Assembly: GCA_018401355.1 (NCBI GenBank)
Contig: JAGYLD010000003.1
Span: 10,444-74,443 of the forward strand
Direction of reading: 5' to 3'
Length of the DNA stretch: 64,000 nt
Source: Bacteroidales bacterium
GTDB lineage: Bacteria > Bacteroidota > Bacteroidia > Bacteroidales > B18-G4
Positions 29,249-38,753 of this stretch are shown piece by piece. How positions within the stretch are numbered: the stretch's first letter is position 1; every line of letters starts with the position of its first letter. The translations under genes were made by a program, and so were the position numbers. The notes beneath the pieces are model-generated. The model ran no database searches. It was not told where the DNA came from and saw only the letters and a list, made by a program, of their open reading frames with translations.

Positions 29249-29331
29249 CTTTTTGTTGAAAAAAGATAAATAATTAATTGTCACTTCTTTGTGATTTGTC
29301 TTATTTTGCAATACAATTCAATTTCTATCCA

Positions 29332-30381
29332 ATGGCAAAAAAAACAAAAGGTATGCGGATAGGCATACTTACTGCCGGGGGTGATTGCCCGGGAATTAAC
29401 GCAGCCATAAGGGGTGTCGGTAAAACGGCCATCCTGGAATATGGTATGGAAGTATATGGAATTTCCTCTGGTTTTTTAGGTTTGATAAACCAGGAATACC
29501 AGGAGCTTGAAGAATCGCAATTATCCGGGATACTTACTTTGGGGGGTACCATTCTGGGAACATCCAGGGAAAAACCTTTTAAAGACAATGGCAAAAACCA
29601 GTTAAAGATTGATAAACCAAAACTGATCAAAAAGCATTACAATGAACTTGGATTAGAGGCACTTGTTGTCATAGGAGGAAATGGTACCATGCGCACAGCT
29701 TCTATGCTTGCTGAAGAAGGGCTGAACATTGTCGGGATACCTAAGACCATTGACAATGATGTATGGGGAACCGATATTACATTTGGGTTTGACAGTGCAC
29801 TTCTGATTGCAACAGATGCTATAGACCGTCTGCATTCAACAGCCAATTCACACAAAAGAACCATGGTTATTGAAGTTATGGGCCATCACGCAGGATGGCT
29901 TGCACTTTATTCCGGTGTTGCCGGAGGTGGTGATGTTATTCTTATCCCGGAGATAGAATATGATGAGGAAATTATAGCATCATACCTGATGAAAAGAACC
30001 CAAAACAAAAAACCATATTCCATAGTTGTTGTTGCCGAGGGTATAAAAAAGAAAAAAGGTGAATCTGCTGCCTCATATATTTCAAAGATCATTAAAGATA
30101 AAGCCGGATTAGAAACACGTCAGACCATTTTAGGGTATATTCAACGTGGGGGCAGTCCATCACCAATGGACAGGGTGCTGGCAACAAGATACGGAGCTAA
30201 AGCTGTGGAGTTGATTGCCAATGAAGACTTTGGGAAAATGGTATCGAAATATTGTGAAAGCATTGAACCTGTTAGTTTGTCTGAAGTAAGAAATCGTCTG
30301 AGGACGGTGCCGGAAGACCATCCACTGATCAAAAAGGCAAGATATATGGATGTGTGTTTTGGTGATCGTGCAGTCAAATGA
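29332..30381 (+). CDS. pfkA: 6-phosphofructokinase (PFK-A family; phosphoryl donor not certain)
   Basis: I prefer the start MAKKTKGMRIGILTAGGDCPGINAAIRGV (ATG 29332). Family strings include VVIGGNGT, GIPKTIDNDV, MGHHAGWLAL and GYIQRGGSPS. It aligns without gaps to E. coli PfkA across the active site. Confidence 0.88.
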   Translation: MAKKTKGMRIGILTAGGDCPGINAAIRGVGKTAILEYGMEVYGISSGFLGLINQEYQELEESQLSGILTLGGTILGTSREKPFKDNGKNQLKIDKPKLIKKHYNELGLEALVVIGGNGTMRTASMLAEEGLNIVGIPKTIDNDVWGTDITFGFDSALLIATDAIDRLHSTANSHKRTMVIEVMGHHAGWLALYSGVAGGGDVILIPEIEYDEEIIASYLMKRTQNKKPYSIVVVAEGIKKKKGESAASYISKIIKDKAGLETRQTILGYIQRGGSPSPMDRVLATRYGAKAVELIANEDFGKMVSKYCESIEPVSLSEVRNRLRTVPEDHPLIKKARYMDVCFGDRAVK

Positions 30382-30400
30382 ACATCCATTTATATTGAGA

Positions 30401-31432
30401 ATGAAAAAAGCTTTTATAATACTGGCCAGGGTCCTTTTAGGCATTATTGCTATTTTGGTTTTGGTATTTGCAATTTTTTTCCTGTCCACCATGGGAGGAA
30501 GCCATCGTGTTCCTCTTACTGCTGAGGTCAATGCTGATATTCCACAGGTTAGTGTTAATGATGTTGTTTTTCATCTTGAAGCATATGGTAATCCCGAAAA
30601 TCCTGCAATAATTGTATTGCATGGAGGGCCTGGTAATGACTTTGCCTATCTGTTGCCTCTTGCCGGATTATCCGACCAATATTATATTGTATTCTATGAT
30701 CAACGTGGCAGCGGTTTATCACAGCGTGTTGAAAAGGAGCAAATAAGCCTGGAAGCATTTTATTCAGACCTGGATGAGATCGTTGATCTTGTTTCCGGTG
30801 GAAGAAAGGTTCATTTAATAGGACATTCCTGGGGAGGCATGCTGGCATCAGGATACCTTGGAAAGCATCCTGAAAAAATTGATAAAATAGTACTTGCTGA
30901 ACCAGGATTCCTGACCCCTGAGTTTGGAAAAGAATTATTTGAAAAAGCAAATGGATTTGAAGCTCCTGCAAGCCTGAATGCACTGTATTATTTAATAAAT
31001 TCCTGGTTCCATTCGCTACATGTTCACGGACCTGATGAACAGGCACGACAAGATTATTTCATGATGAAACTTGTGAGATCACCCATTAAAGGACATCCGA
31101 TGGCGAGGTACTTTTGCAATCAGGATATTTCTACTTGTTATATGCCGATGGTTCGATTCGGATCGTTGGTTTCGAGTATATTGCTTTCATCTCAGATGGA
31201 TGCAAATGGGTACCCTGCAGTTAATTTTGTCGAAGGTGTCGAAAACTATCCGGATACTGTATTGTTTCTTTCCGGGGAATGTAACACACTTATAGGTCCT
31301 GATTATCAGGAAAAGCAAATGCAATTATTTTCCAGGGTCAGGCACGTCATCATCAATGATGCAGGGCATACCATGATAGGAGAAAAACCTGAAGAATCGA
31401 TTGCTGCTATCAGAAATTACTTTGCCCGTTAA
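30401..31432 (+). CDS. Alpha/beta hydrolase, S33 proline-iminopeptidase-like, N-terminally membrane anchored
   Basis: I prefer the start MKKAFIILARVLLGIIAILVLVF (ATG 30401). It has the HGGPG oxyanion motif (VLHGGPGNDF), the nucleophile elbow GHSWGG, and a C-terminal DAGH catalytic His context. Confidence 0.7.
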   Translation: MKKAFIILARVLLGIIAILVLVFAIFFLSTMGGSHRVPLTAEVNADIPQVSVNDVVFHLEAYGNPENPAIIVLHGGPGNDFAYLLPLAGLSDQYYIVFYDQRGSGLSQRVEKEQISLEAFYSDLDEIVDLVSGGRKVHLIGHSWGGMLASGYLGKHPEKIDKIVLAEPGFLTPEFGKELFEKANGFEAPASLNALYYLINSWFHSLHVHGPDEQARQDYFMMKLVRSPIKGHPMARYFCNQDISTCYMPMVRFGSLVSSILLSSQMDANGYPAVNFVEGVENYPDTVLFLSGECNTLIGPDYQEKQMQLFSRVRHVIINDAGHTMIGEKPEESIAAIRNYFAR

Positions 31433-31435
31433 CAA

Positions 31436-33020
31436 TCAGAATCCATTCAGTTCCATCGTAACCGTTGGTATCAACAACAGAAATCCAAGGATCATGAGGA
31501 TGATCATCAAGGGTGTGATCCATTTGACCCATTTTTCATAGGGTATCTTGGCCACTCCCAAAACACCCATCAGCACTCCGGAGGTAGGTGTGATCATATT
31601 TGTAAAGCCATCCCCGAACTGAAATGCCATGACGGTAGCCTGTCTTGATATGTTGATCAGGTCGGAAAACGGTGCCATAATGGGCATGGTTAAGGCGGCT
31701 TTCGCAGATCCTGAAGGTATGATAATGTTTATGATGGTTTGTATAATGTACATAATACCAATAGAGGCAACCTGTCCCAGATCATTCATCGACTTAGAGA
31801 GCCCATAGAGGATGGTATCAATAACTTTCCCATCTTCCAGTATCACAATAATACCACCAGCTAATCCAACGATGATGGCTGCCGAGAGGATATCTTTAAC
31901 ACCTTCCATAAAAAGTTTGGTGATCTTGTCAGGATTATAATTCATGGCAATACCGGACAGAATGCCCATAGCAAAAAATAGTGTGGCAATTTCCATGATG
32001 TACCAGCCAGGCCCATAACACCAACGATCAGGAAGTAGATAGCAATAATGACAGTACAAAAAAGTGAACTGATTTTCTTAAAGAAAAGATGCCGGTAACT
32101 GCAAAAAGAAAGGCTGATACAGGTACCATGGGCAGGCTTGAAGATGCATTACCAACTTTCATTTCCGTCATTGGATAAATGAAAGAAAATATGATCAGGG
32201 CTGCTTCTATTAAGCCAAAGGCGATCCAACCTGAAATAGGTGTGTGGTAGACAATATTGTTTACATCTCCGCCATCGCGCTGTCTCCAGTATTCATCTTC
32301 CTTATAAACAGGTGATTTTTCAGGATGTTTTTTAACTTTTCCGGCATAGCGAAGAATAAAAAACATACCAACAAAATTGATGATCAACCAACAGATAAAC
32401 CTGTATTCAATTCCGGAGAAGAGCGGTATTTCTGCTATTCCCTGTGCGATACCGATGGTAAATGGGTTCAGGATTGCACCGGCAAATCCCAGGCCAGCGG
32501 CAACAAAAACCAGGGACACGCCTGTTATGGAATCATAGCCCATGGAGATGGCAAGTGGCACCAGTATTATGATAAATGCTATTGTTTCTTCACTCATTCC
32601 GAAAATAGCTCCAAAAGCGCTAAACATAAGCATTATGAGTATCATCACGATGTTATCAACTCCTACCTTTCTCAGGAAGCGGTTTTTTTCCAGTTTTCTG
32701 GTAAATCCAAGGAAAGAAAAGATCCCGACATCAATGGCTTTGCTGGCGTTCAGGATCCAGAAGGCTCCGCCAATCATAAGTATGAAAATGATGATCCCGG
32801 ATTGCCGGACAAATCCTTTGAAAAGTGCAGCGAATACTTCCCACGTTTGTGCCTGGCTTTCAACATAGTGAAAAACCATTTCTTTATGTTCCTGTCCATC
32901 TTTGACTATTGTTTTTTCCTCATATTCTCCTCCTGGAATAATCCATGTCAGGACAGCAGCCATTACAATAATATAGAAAACGATTACATAAGTATGGGGT
33001 ATCTTATTGATCTTTAGCAT
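31436..33020 (-). pseudogene. YfcC-family (DcuC/AbgT-like) transporter interrupted by closely spaced frameshifts
   Basis: ORFs 32028..33020 (330 aa) and 31436..32059 (207 aa) are the N- and C-terminal parts of one YfcC-like protein: IPHTYVIVFYIIVMAAVLTW, MIGGAFWIL, GMSEETIAFIIILVPL, then SGSAKAALTMPIMAP and FQFGDGFTNMITPTSG. The third frame between them reads TVIIAIYFLIVGVMGLAG. That matches the expected TM helix before GWYIMEIATLFF. Confidence 0.7.
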
Positions 33021-33048
33021 TTTTTAAACAGTAGTTGATTTGAAATAT

Positions 33049-34629
33049 CTAAAACAATTCATCGTATTTGGTCCATAGTAAATCTCCCAGTTCCCACGCC
33101 TTGTTAACAACCTTATTTCCCCATTTCCCGGTATATCCTGTAAGTTTTGCCCGGCCTTTTACGGGATCCTTTTTATAAATTTCTACAACTTCTGCTTCAA
33201 AAGCATTTTGATTTTCAAATAGTTTGTTTTGGTAGGTATTCCATACTGTATCGATATCATGGCGCATATCACCCCATCTTTGGGCCGCAAGGGTTCCCAA
33301 TCTGTTAAATGCCCACCAGGCAGATTCTTGTGTATAACCATTTGTTCTTCCTGGTGTTTTGTATGGTTTTGGCAGGTCAGTGACTCCTGCATACACGGGA
33401 ATATAGATCGAGGAAGCCACATTGTCCATGGCAAGCCATACAACGCCTCCTACAGGATCAGGGAGCCAGTTACGGCATTGAATAATGGTGGCATACATGG
33501 TGTACCATCTAGCAATTGTTCTCTCACCTCTCCAGCCCCATCCACCGTTGATCCTGAAAACTTTGTTCATATCATAAGGCATGAAAGGGTTAGCCAGGGG
33601 AGAAATTACTGTTTTCCCGTCTTTGTCAGTAACCGTAATATCTTTCACGAAATTAAAAGGTGTTCCCTCATAATAATCTTTAAATATCATTACAAGTTCT
33701 GGAAGGGTAACGGGCTTATCAGGCTTTATGCTGAAGGGATAATTTTCAGCGTTTGGGTCAAGTTTCATTGATGGCGCAAGTAAGTCGAAGACACGCCATT
33801 CTCTGCGTCTTGCAGCAAGTGAAGTACGGCTTTTTGGGGCATATGCATAACAAAACTTGAAATCTTCTTTTGAATCACACCAGCCGGAATCAATGGCCAT
33901 GGAATATATGTTGTCTGAAGCCATAAAATTGTCTTCATCTTTAAGATCTATCTGCATGATTCTGCTGGCATTGGCGTTGACAGAAATATGATCATCGGGT
34001 ACCCGCTGGGCTACCCAGATGGCTCCGATTTTTCCTTTACCCGGACCAACTATTTCCAGGTGCCAGACTTCTTCTTTATCTGCGATGGTAAGGCATTCCC
34101 CGGCGTCATTCCAACCATATTTTTCTGTCAGATCACGGGTTAATTCCAGGGCTTCCCTTGCTGTTTTGCACCTTTCAAGCATTAATTGACAAAGTCTCTG
34201 GCAATCAATAAGACCGGCATCGGATTGCAGAAGGGAACGCCCTCCAAATGTAGATTCACCAATAGCCAGTTGGAATTCATTCATACAGGGGTAGGCTGTG
34301 TTTATATATCCATAAGTATGCTTTACCTGTGGGATCTCTCCAATTTTTGTATGTGAATATGAAGGCATGGCTGTTGTGTCACAGTTGGTTCTTTTATACA
34401 TGGATTGCATTTCTCCTTTTTGGTGATGTGCAGGTGCTTTAATATCAATCCATGATCTTGTTCTGTGACTGTCATCTGTGTGGGATGTGATCACAGAACC
34501 ATCAATGGTGGCTTCTTTACCAGCTGTTACGGTCGTACATTCGTCAATCCATTCATCCTGGGAGAATGATGACATGTTGAATAGTAAAATGCATGAAATT
34601 AATAGAAATGCAAAATTTAAGTTTTTCAT
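33049..34629 (-). CDS. Peptidase C69 family dipeptidase (secreted)
   Basis: I prefer the start MKNLNFAFLLISCILLFNMSSFSQ (ATG 34629). DECTTVTAGKEATIDGSVITSHTDDS matches the N-terminal Cys-nucleophile motif of C69/Ntn dipeptidases (CTT..vGK.as.DGS......D). Confidence 0.75.
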   Translation of the reverse strand: MKNLNFAFLLISCILLFNMSSFSQDEWIDECTTVTAGKEATIDGSVITSHTDDSHRTRSWIDIKAPAHHQKGEMQSMYKRTNCDTTAMPSYSHTKIGEIPQVKHTYGYINTAYPCMNEFQLAIGESTFGGRSLLQSDAGLIDCQRLCQLMLERCKTAREALELTRDLTEKYGWNDAGECLTIADKEEVWHLEIVGPGKGKIGAIWVAQRVPDDHISVNANASRIMQIDLKDEDNFMASDNIYSMAIDSGWCDSKEDFKFCYAYAPKSRTSLAARRREWRVFDLLAPSMKLDPNAENYPFSIKPDKPVTLPELVMIFKDYYEGTPFNFVKDITVTDKDGKTVISPLANPFMPYDMNKVFRINGGWGWRGERTIARWYTMYATIIQCRNWLPDPVGGVVWLAMDNVASSIYIPVYAGVTDLPKPYKTPGRTNGYTQESAWWAFNRLGTLAAQRWGDMRHDIDTVWNTYQNKLFENQNAFEAEVVEIYKKDPVKGRAKLTGYTGKWGNKVVNKAWELGDLLWTKYDELF

Positions 34630-34721
34630 AGTATGGCCATTTTTTAAAAAGTATCTAAAATAGTAATTTTTACCAAACCCAATCATTTATAACATAAAAA
34701 TCTATGTTCTTATATAATTGC

Positions 34722-34729
34722 TATTTTTG
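34722..34729 (+). promoter_or_regulatory. Candidate -7 promoter box (TATTTTTG) upstream of purF
   Basis: Exact TAnnTTTG match 25 nt upstream of ATG 34754. No good TTTG -33 element was seen. Confidence 0.25.
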
Positions 34730-34753
34730 CAATCTAATACTTCTATTCTTTAA

Positions 34754-36655
34754 ATGAGTGAGCCAATAAAGCATGAATGTGGGATCGCCCTGATTCGACT
34801 CCTCAAACCCCTGGAGTTTTATCTTGCCAAGTATGGTACAGCATTTTACGGGTTGAATAAATTGCACCTTATGATGCAAAAACAGCATAACCGGGGCCAG
34901 GATGGTGCAGGCATTGCATGTATCAAATTAGGATTGGAGCCAGGACATAAATATATTAACAGGGAACGGTCAAACAATCCTTCTCCGATAAGAGACATCT
35001 TCAATACAGTTTACGAACAGATAAATATTGTTGGTGAAAGAAATCCAAGTTTATTAAAAGATATAAGTTGGCTAAAATACAATGCAGACTTTACCGGAGA
35101 ATTGTTTCTGGGACACCTCCGGTATGGCACCTTCGGGAAAAATAATCCGGAGAGCCTTCATCCCTTTATTCGCTACAATAACTGGATGACAAAAAGCCTG
35201 GTACTTGCAGGTAATTTTAACCTGACCAACGTTGATGAATTGTTTGAAAAGTTAATTGATCTTGGTCAATACCCGGTAGATACCTCAGATACCATAACCA
35301 TGCTTGAGAAGATTGGCCATTTTCTTGACGAAGAAAATGAAATCCTATACAGGAGTTATAAGGATCAGGGGATGGAAAAAAGATCAATAACAAAGCATAT
35401 TGCTGCAAACCTTGATGTCAGGAAAATAATTTCCAGATCAGCCAAAAGCTGGGACGGTGGTTATGTGGTTGGTGGCATGATCGGGCACGGTGATGCTTTT
35501 GTACTTAGAGATCCGAATGGTATTCGTCCTGCGTATTATTATCATGACGATGAAATTGCTGTAGTTGCTTCTGAAAGGCCTGTGATCCAGACAACTTTCA
35601 ATATTGAGATTAATAAAATCCATGAAATAAAGCCTGGCCATGCCTTTATCGTTAAAAATGATGGTGGAGTTTCTGAAGAGAAATACATAGATCCTGGCGA
35701 AAGGAGGGCCTGTTCTTTTGAGAGAATATATTTTTCAAGAGGTACGGATGTAGACATTTATAATGAAAGAAAAAAGCTGGGAAAATCTTTGGCTCCGGCT
35801 GTGCTTAAAGCCGTTGATTATGATCTGAACAATACAGTCTTTTCCTATATTCCCAATACTGCTGCAGTTGCCTTCAGAGGATTAATTGAAGCTGTAGAGG
35901 ATTTTTGCATAAAAGTTAAGCGGGATAAATTACAACAGTTGGGTCCGGATTTTTCCTCCAGGGACCTTGAAGACATTTTATCATTGCGGCCCAGAATTGA
36001 GTTGGTGGCTGTAAAAGATGTAAAACTCAGAACATTCATTACCCAGGACAGTCAGAGGGATGATCTTGTGGGCCATGTCTATGATATTACTTATGGTTCC
36101 ATACGGCCTGGTATAGATAATCTTGTCGTTATCGATGATTCAATTGTCAGGGGTACAACACTAAAAAAGAGTATTATTAGAATTTTGGACAGGCTCGGGC
36201 CCAAAAAGATTGTAATTGCTTCTTCAGCCCCACAGATAAGATATCCTGATTGCTATGGAATTGATATGGCCAAGATAAATGATCTTATTGCATTCAGGGC
36301 TGCCGTGGAGTTGTTAAGGGATTCCCGTCAACAGCATATCGTTAACGAGGTTTATAAAAAATCAAAGGAACAGGAATTCCTTCCCAGGGAGGAAGTGGTC
36401 AATTATGTGAAAGAAATTTTTAAGCCTTTTTCTCCGGAACAGATATCAGACAAGATAGCTTCCATGCTCACCACAAAAGGCATCAATGCTGGTATTAAGA
36501 TCATATACCAGAGGATAGAAGACCTTCACAATGCATGTCCGGAGAATCTGGGTGATTGGTATTTTACAGGAAACTATCCCACTGCAGGAGGGAATAAAGT
36601 AGTGAATAAAGCCTTTATAAATTATGTTGAGGGCCGTGATATCAGGGCGTATTAG
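34754..36655 (+). CDS. purF: Amidophosphoribosyltransferase (long Bacteroidota-type, class II glutamine amidotransferase)
   Basis: 633-aa ORF. The N-terminus HECGIALIR carries the Ntn Cys nucleophile. NRGQDGAGI fits the amidotransferase domain. The PRPP-binding loop is VVIDDSIVRGTT. Confidence 0.85.
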   Translation: MSEPIKHECGIALIRLLKPLEFYLAKYGTAFYGLNKLHLMMQKQHNRGQDGAGIACIKLGLEPGHKYINRERSNNPSPIRDIFNTVYEQINIVGERNPSLLKDISWLKYNADFTGELFLGHLRYGTFGKNNPESLHPFIRYNNWMTKSLVLAGNFNLTNVDELFEKLIDLGQYPVDTSDTITMLEKIGHFLDEENEILYRSYKDQGMEKRSITKHIAANLDVRKIISRSAKSWDGGYVVGGMIGHGDAFVLRDPNGIRPAYYYHDDEIAVVASERPVIQTTFNIEINKIHEIKPGHAFIVKNDGGVSEEKYIDPGERRACSFERIYFSRGTDVDIYNERKKLGKSLAPAVLKAVDYDLNNTVFSYIPNTAAVAFRGLIEAVEDFCIKVKRDKLQQLGPDFSSRDLEDILSLRPRIELVAVKDVKLRTFITQDSQRDDLVGHVYDITYGSIRPGIDNLVVIDDSIVRGTTLKKSIIRILDRLGPKKIVIASSAPQIRYPDCYGIDMAKINDLIAFRAAVELLRDSRQQHIVNEVYKKSKEQEFLPREEVVNYVKEIFKPFSPEQISDKIASMLTTKGINAGIKIIYQRIEDLHNACPENLGDWYFTGNYPTAGGNKVVNKAFINYVEGRDIRAY

Positions 36656-36659
36656 TCTT

Positions 36660-37055
36660 TTATTTGAAATATGATCTTATCATGGAGGCAAGGTTCTTGA
36701 ATTCGTCTTCTGACATTTTCAGTTTAGGTTTTCTAAAGTCAATGTCATAAACTGTGTTAATTGGGACCACATGAACATGAGCATGGGGTACTTCAAGGCC
36801 CAGGACTGTGATTCCAATTCGTTTGCATTCCACTACTTTTTCAACAGCTTTGGCCACTCTTTTTGAAAACAGGAACAATCCCTGGTAAAGCTTGTCATCA
36901 ATATCGAATATGTAATCGATCTCTTTTTTAGGTATTACAAGGGTATGTCCTTTGGCGATAGGATATATATCCAGGAAGGCGAAGTAATTTGCATCTTCGG
37001 CAATTTTATAGGAAGGTATTTCACCCTGAATTATTTTTGAAAAAATGCTTGCCAT
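36660..37055 (-). CDS. HIT (histidine triad) family nucleotide hydrolase/transferase
   Basis: 131-aa ORF. It begins IFSKIIQGEIPSYKI and carries the histidine triad HAHVHVVP. Confidence 0.85.
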   Translation of the reverse strand: MASIFSKIIQGEIPSYKIAEDANYFAFLDIYPIAKGHTLVIPKKEIDYIFDIDDKLYQGLFLFSKRVAKAVEKVVECKRIGITVLGLEVPHAHVHVVPINTVYDIDFRKPKLKMSEDEFKNLASMIRSYFK

Positions 37056-37066
37056 GATATTTCAAT

Positions 37067-37540
37067 TTATCTTGATACTTCAATTATTTCGAAAGTGATC
37101 TTACCGGCAGGAACTTCGATTTCCACTTTGTTACCAACCTTTTTACCAAGCAATCCTTTTGCAATAGGTGAAGATACGGAAAGCTTACCATTTTTTAAAT
37201 CAGCTTCTTTTTCGGGGGTAATGGTGTATGACATTACTGCTCCATTTTTCAGGTTTTTGATTTTGACCTGTGAAAGGAGCAGGACTTTGGTTGTATCCAT
37301 TTTTGATTCATCCAGGATACGTGCTACGCTAATTTCTTCCTGGAGCTTGGCAATTTTTGCTTCCAGCAGTCCCTGCGCTTCTTTTGCAGCGTCATATTCA
37401 GCATTTTCAGACAAATCGCCTTTGTCTCTTGCTTCAGCAATTTGTTGAGATATGGCCGGACGTTCAACACTGATCATTTTCTCCAGTTCATATTTTAGTT
37501 TCTGAAGACCTTCCTTTGTATAATACTTGGTTTTTGCCAT
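37067..37540 (-). CDS. greA: Transcription elongation factor GreA
   Basis: 157-aa ORF. The N-terminal coiled-coil carries DLSENAEYDAAKE (the conserved acidic tip). The C-terminal globular domain carries SPIAKGLLGKKVGN. Confidence 0.9.
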   Translation of the reverse strand: MAKTKYYTKEGLQKLKYELEKMISVERPAISQQIAEARDKGDLSENAEYDAAKEAQGLLEAKIAKLQEEISVARILDESKMDTTKVLLLSQVKIKNLKNGAVMSYTITPEKEADLKNGKLSVSSPIAKGLLGKKVGNKVEIEVPAGKITFEIIEVSR

Positions 37541-37575
37541 TTTTCATACGATTGTTAACTGATATTATAATAAAT

Positions 37576-37601
37576 GAAGACCCTCCTCTCAAAGGGCCTT
37601 C
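37576..37601 (-). terminator. Hairpin downstream of the PorV-family gene
   Basis: GAAGACCC-(10 nt)-GGGCCTTC pairs 7 of 8 positions. A second short hairpin, TTAAGC-gaacg-GCTTAA (37631..37647), directly abuts the stop codon. Both lie between the 37648 stop and the greA start. Confidence 0.35.
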
Positions 37602-37647
37602 AGAAAATATGCAATAATTTTATTATCTGTTTAAGCGAACGGCTTAA

Positions 37648-38706
37648 TTAGAGGTTAAACCGTATGCCAATAGAGTGTGTTCCATCAAACGGATCAGTTG
37701 CTCTGTATGAGTAATCGACAGAGAATGTTGTTCCGCTCTCTTTGCTCAGTGGCACCTGGACTGTTGCACCGAAGCTGGGTCCGGTATGGACATTTGTTCT
37801 GTCTGCCTTATCGGTTATGCCATCTTCATATGCATATCCACCTCTGAGCATAAGATAATCTTTTAAGCTATATTCCAAACCTCCAATAAATTGGTCTTTT
37901 CCAAAGGAGTTTGACCTGAAAGTACCTGCCAGGGTAATTCTGTGGATCTCTGCAAAATTAAAATCATAGGAAGCTCCTACATCAAGGGCAGCAGGCAACT
38001 CAAATTGTGATGAAGGCATATACATTGAGGTAGAGAATTCATCGTTTGGCAGGAATGTTTTCTCCAGGAGTCCGTCTCCAGAAAATTTCATTCTTGGGCC
38101 GATGTTTTTCAAGGCGATACCAAACTTGATCTGTTCCATTGCGCCTGTTACATATTGAATACCAGCATCTATAGCAATTCCTTGAGCATTGGCATCAGAA
38201 ATTGATTCTGAAATGATTTTAATATTAATACCGGCATAAATACTGTTTGAAAACGCTTTGGCATAAGTAATACCAACATTGAGAAGGCTGGGTTTAAAAG
38301 TACCTATGCCTCCATCCGGGTTATCGGGTGTTGTTACTTCAATCTCACCGAAGCTCATTGATACGACATTCAAACCAAGTACACCGGATTCTCCGACCCG
38401 TTGGGAGAACCCAAAGGCAAACATATTTATATCTGATCCTTTCAGGTAAGTGGTATGAGAAAATATGAATTCTGTTTTTGGTGTAAATGCTACACCTGCA
38501 GGATTCACGAACATACCTTCCAGACCACGCACACCAGCAGTATTCACACTTCCCCATCCAGAGCTTCGTGCCCAGGGGTTGATCAGGAGCTCAGATGCTC
38601 CGGCTTGTCCTGACCTGTCTTTATTTCCTGCATAGCTTTCAAGCACGGCAATCGAGAGAAAACCTATAATAACTAGTGGAATCAGGTATTTATAAAAATT
38701 CTTCAT
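37648..38706 (-). CDS. PorV/PorQ-family outer membrane beta-barrel protein (T9SS shuttle-protein paralog)
   Basis: 352-aa ORF with a signal peptide. SGQAGASELLINPWARSSGWGSVNTAGVRGLEGMFVNPAGVAF fits the N-terminal PorV-family pattern (G.aGa.fL.i.p.AR..gmG.......d....f.NPA). It ends IGIRFNL. It is shorter than the ~390-400 aa I remember for canonical PorV. Confidence 0.65.
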   Translation of the reverse strand: MKNFYKYLIPLVIIGFLSIAVLESYAGNKDRSGQAGASELLINPWARSSGWGSVNTAGVRGLEGMFVNPAGVAFTPKTEFIFSHTTYLKGSDINMFAFGFSQRVGESGVLGLNVVSMSFGEIEVTTPDNPDGGIGTFKPSLLNVGITYAKAFSNSIYAGINIKIISESISDANAQGIAIDAGIQYVTGAMEQIKFGIALKNIGPRMKFSGDGLLEKTFLPNDEFSTSMYMPSSQFELPAALDVGASYDFNFAEIHRITLAGTFRSNSFGKDQFIGGLEYSLKDYLMLRGGYAYEDGITDKADRTNVHTGPSFGATVQVPLSKESGTTFSVDYSYRATDPFDGTHSIGIRFNL

Positions 38707-38753
38707 GCTTGTATTTTTTATGTTATTAAACTTTTATCATTTATGGTTTCACA

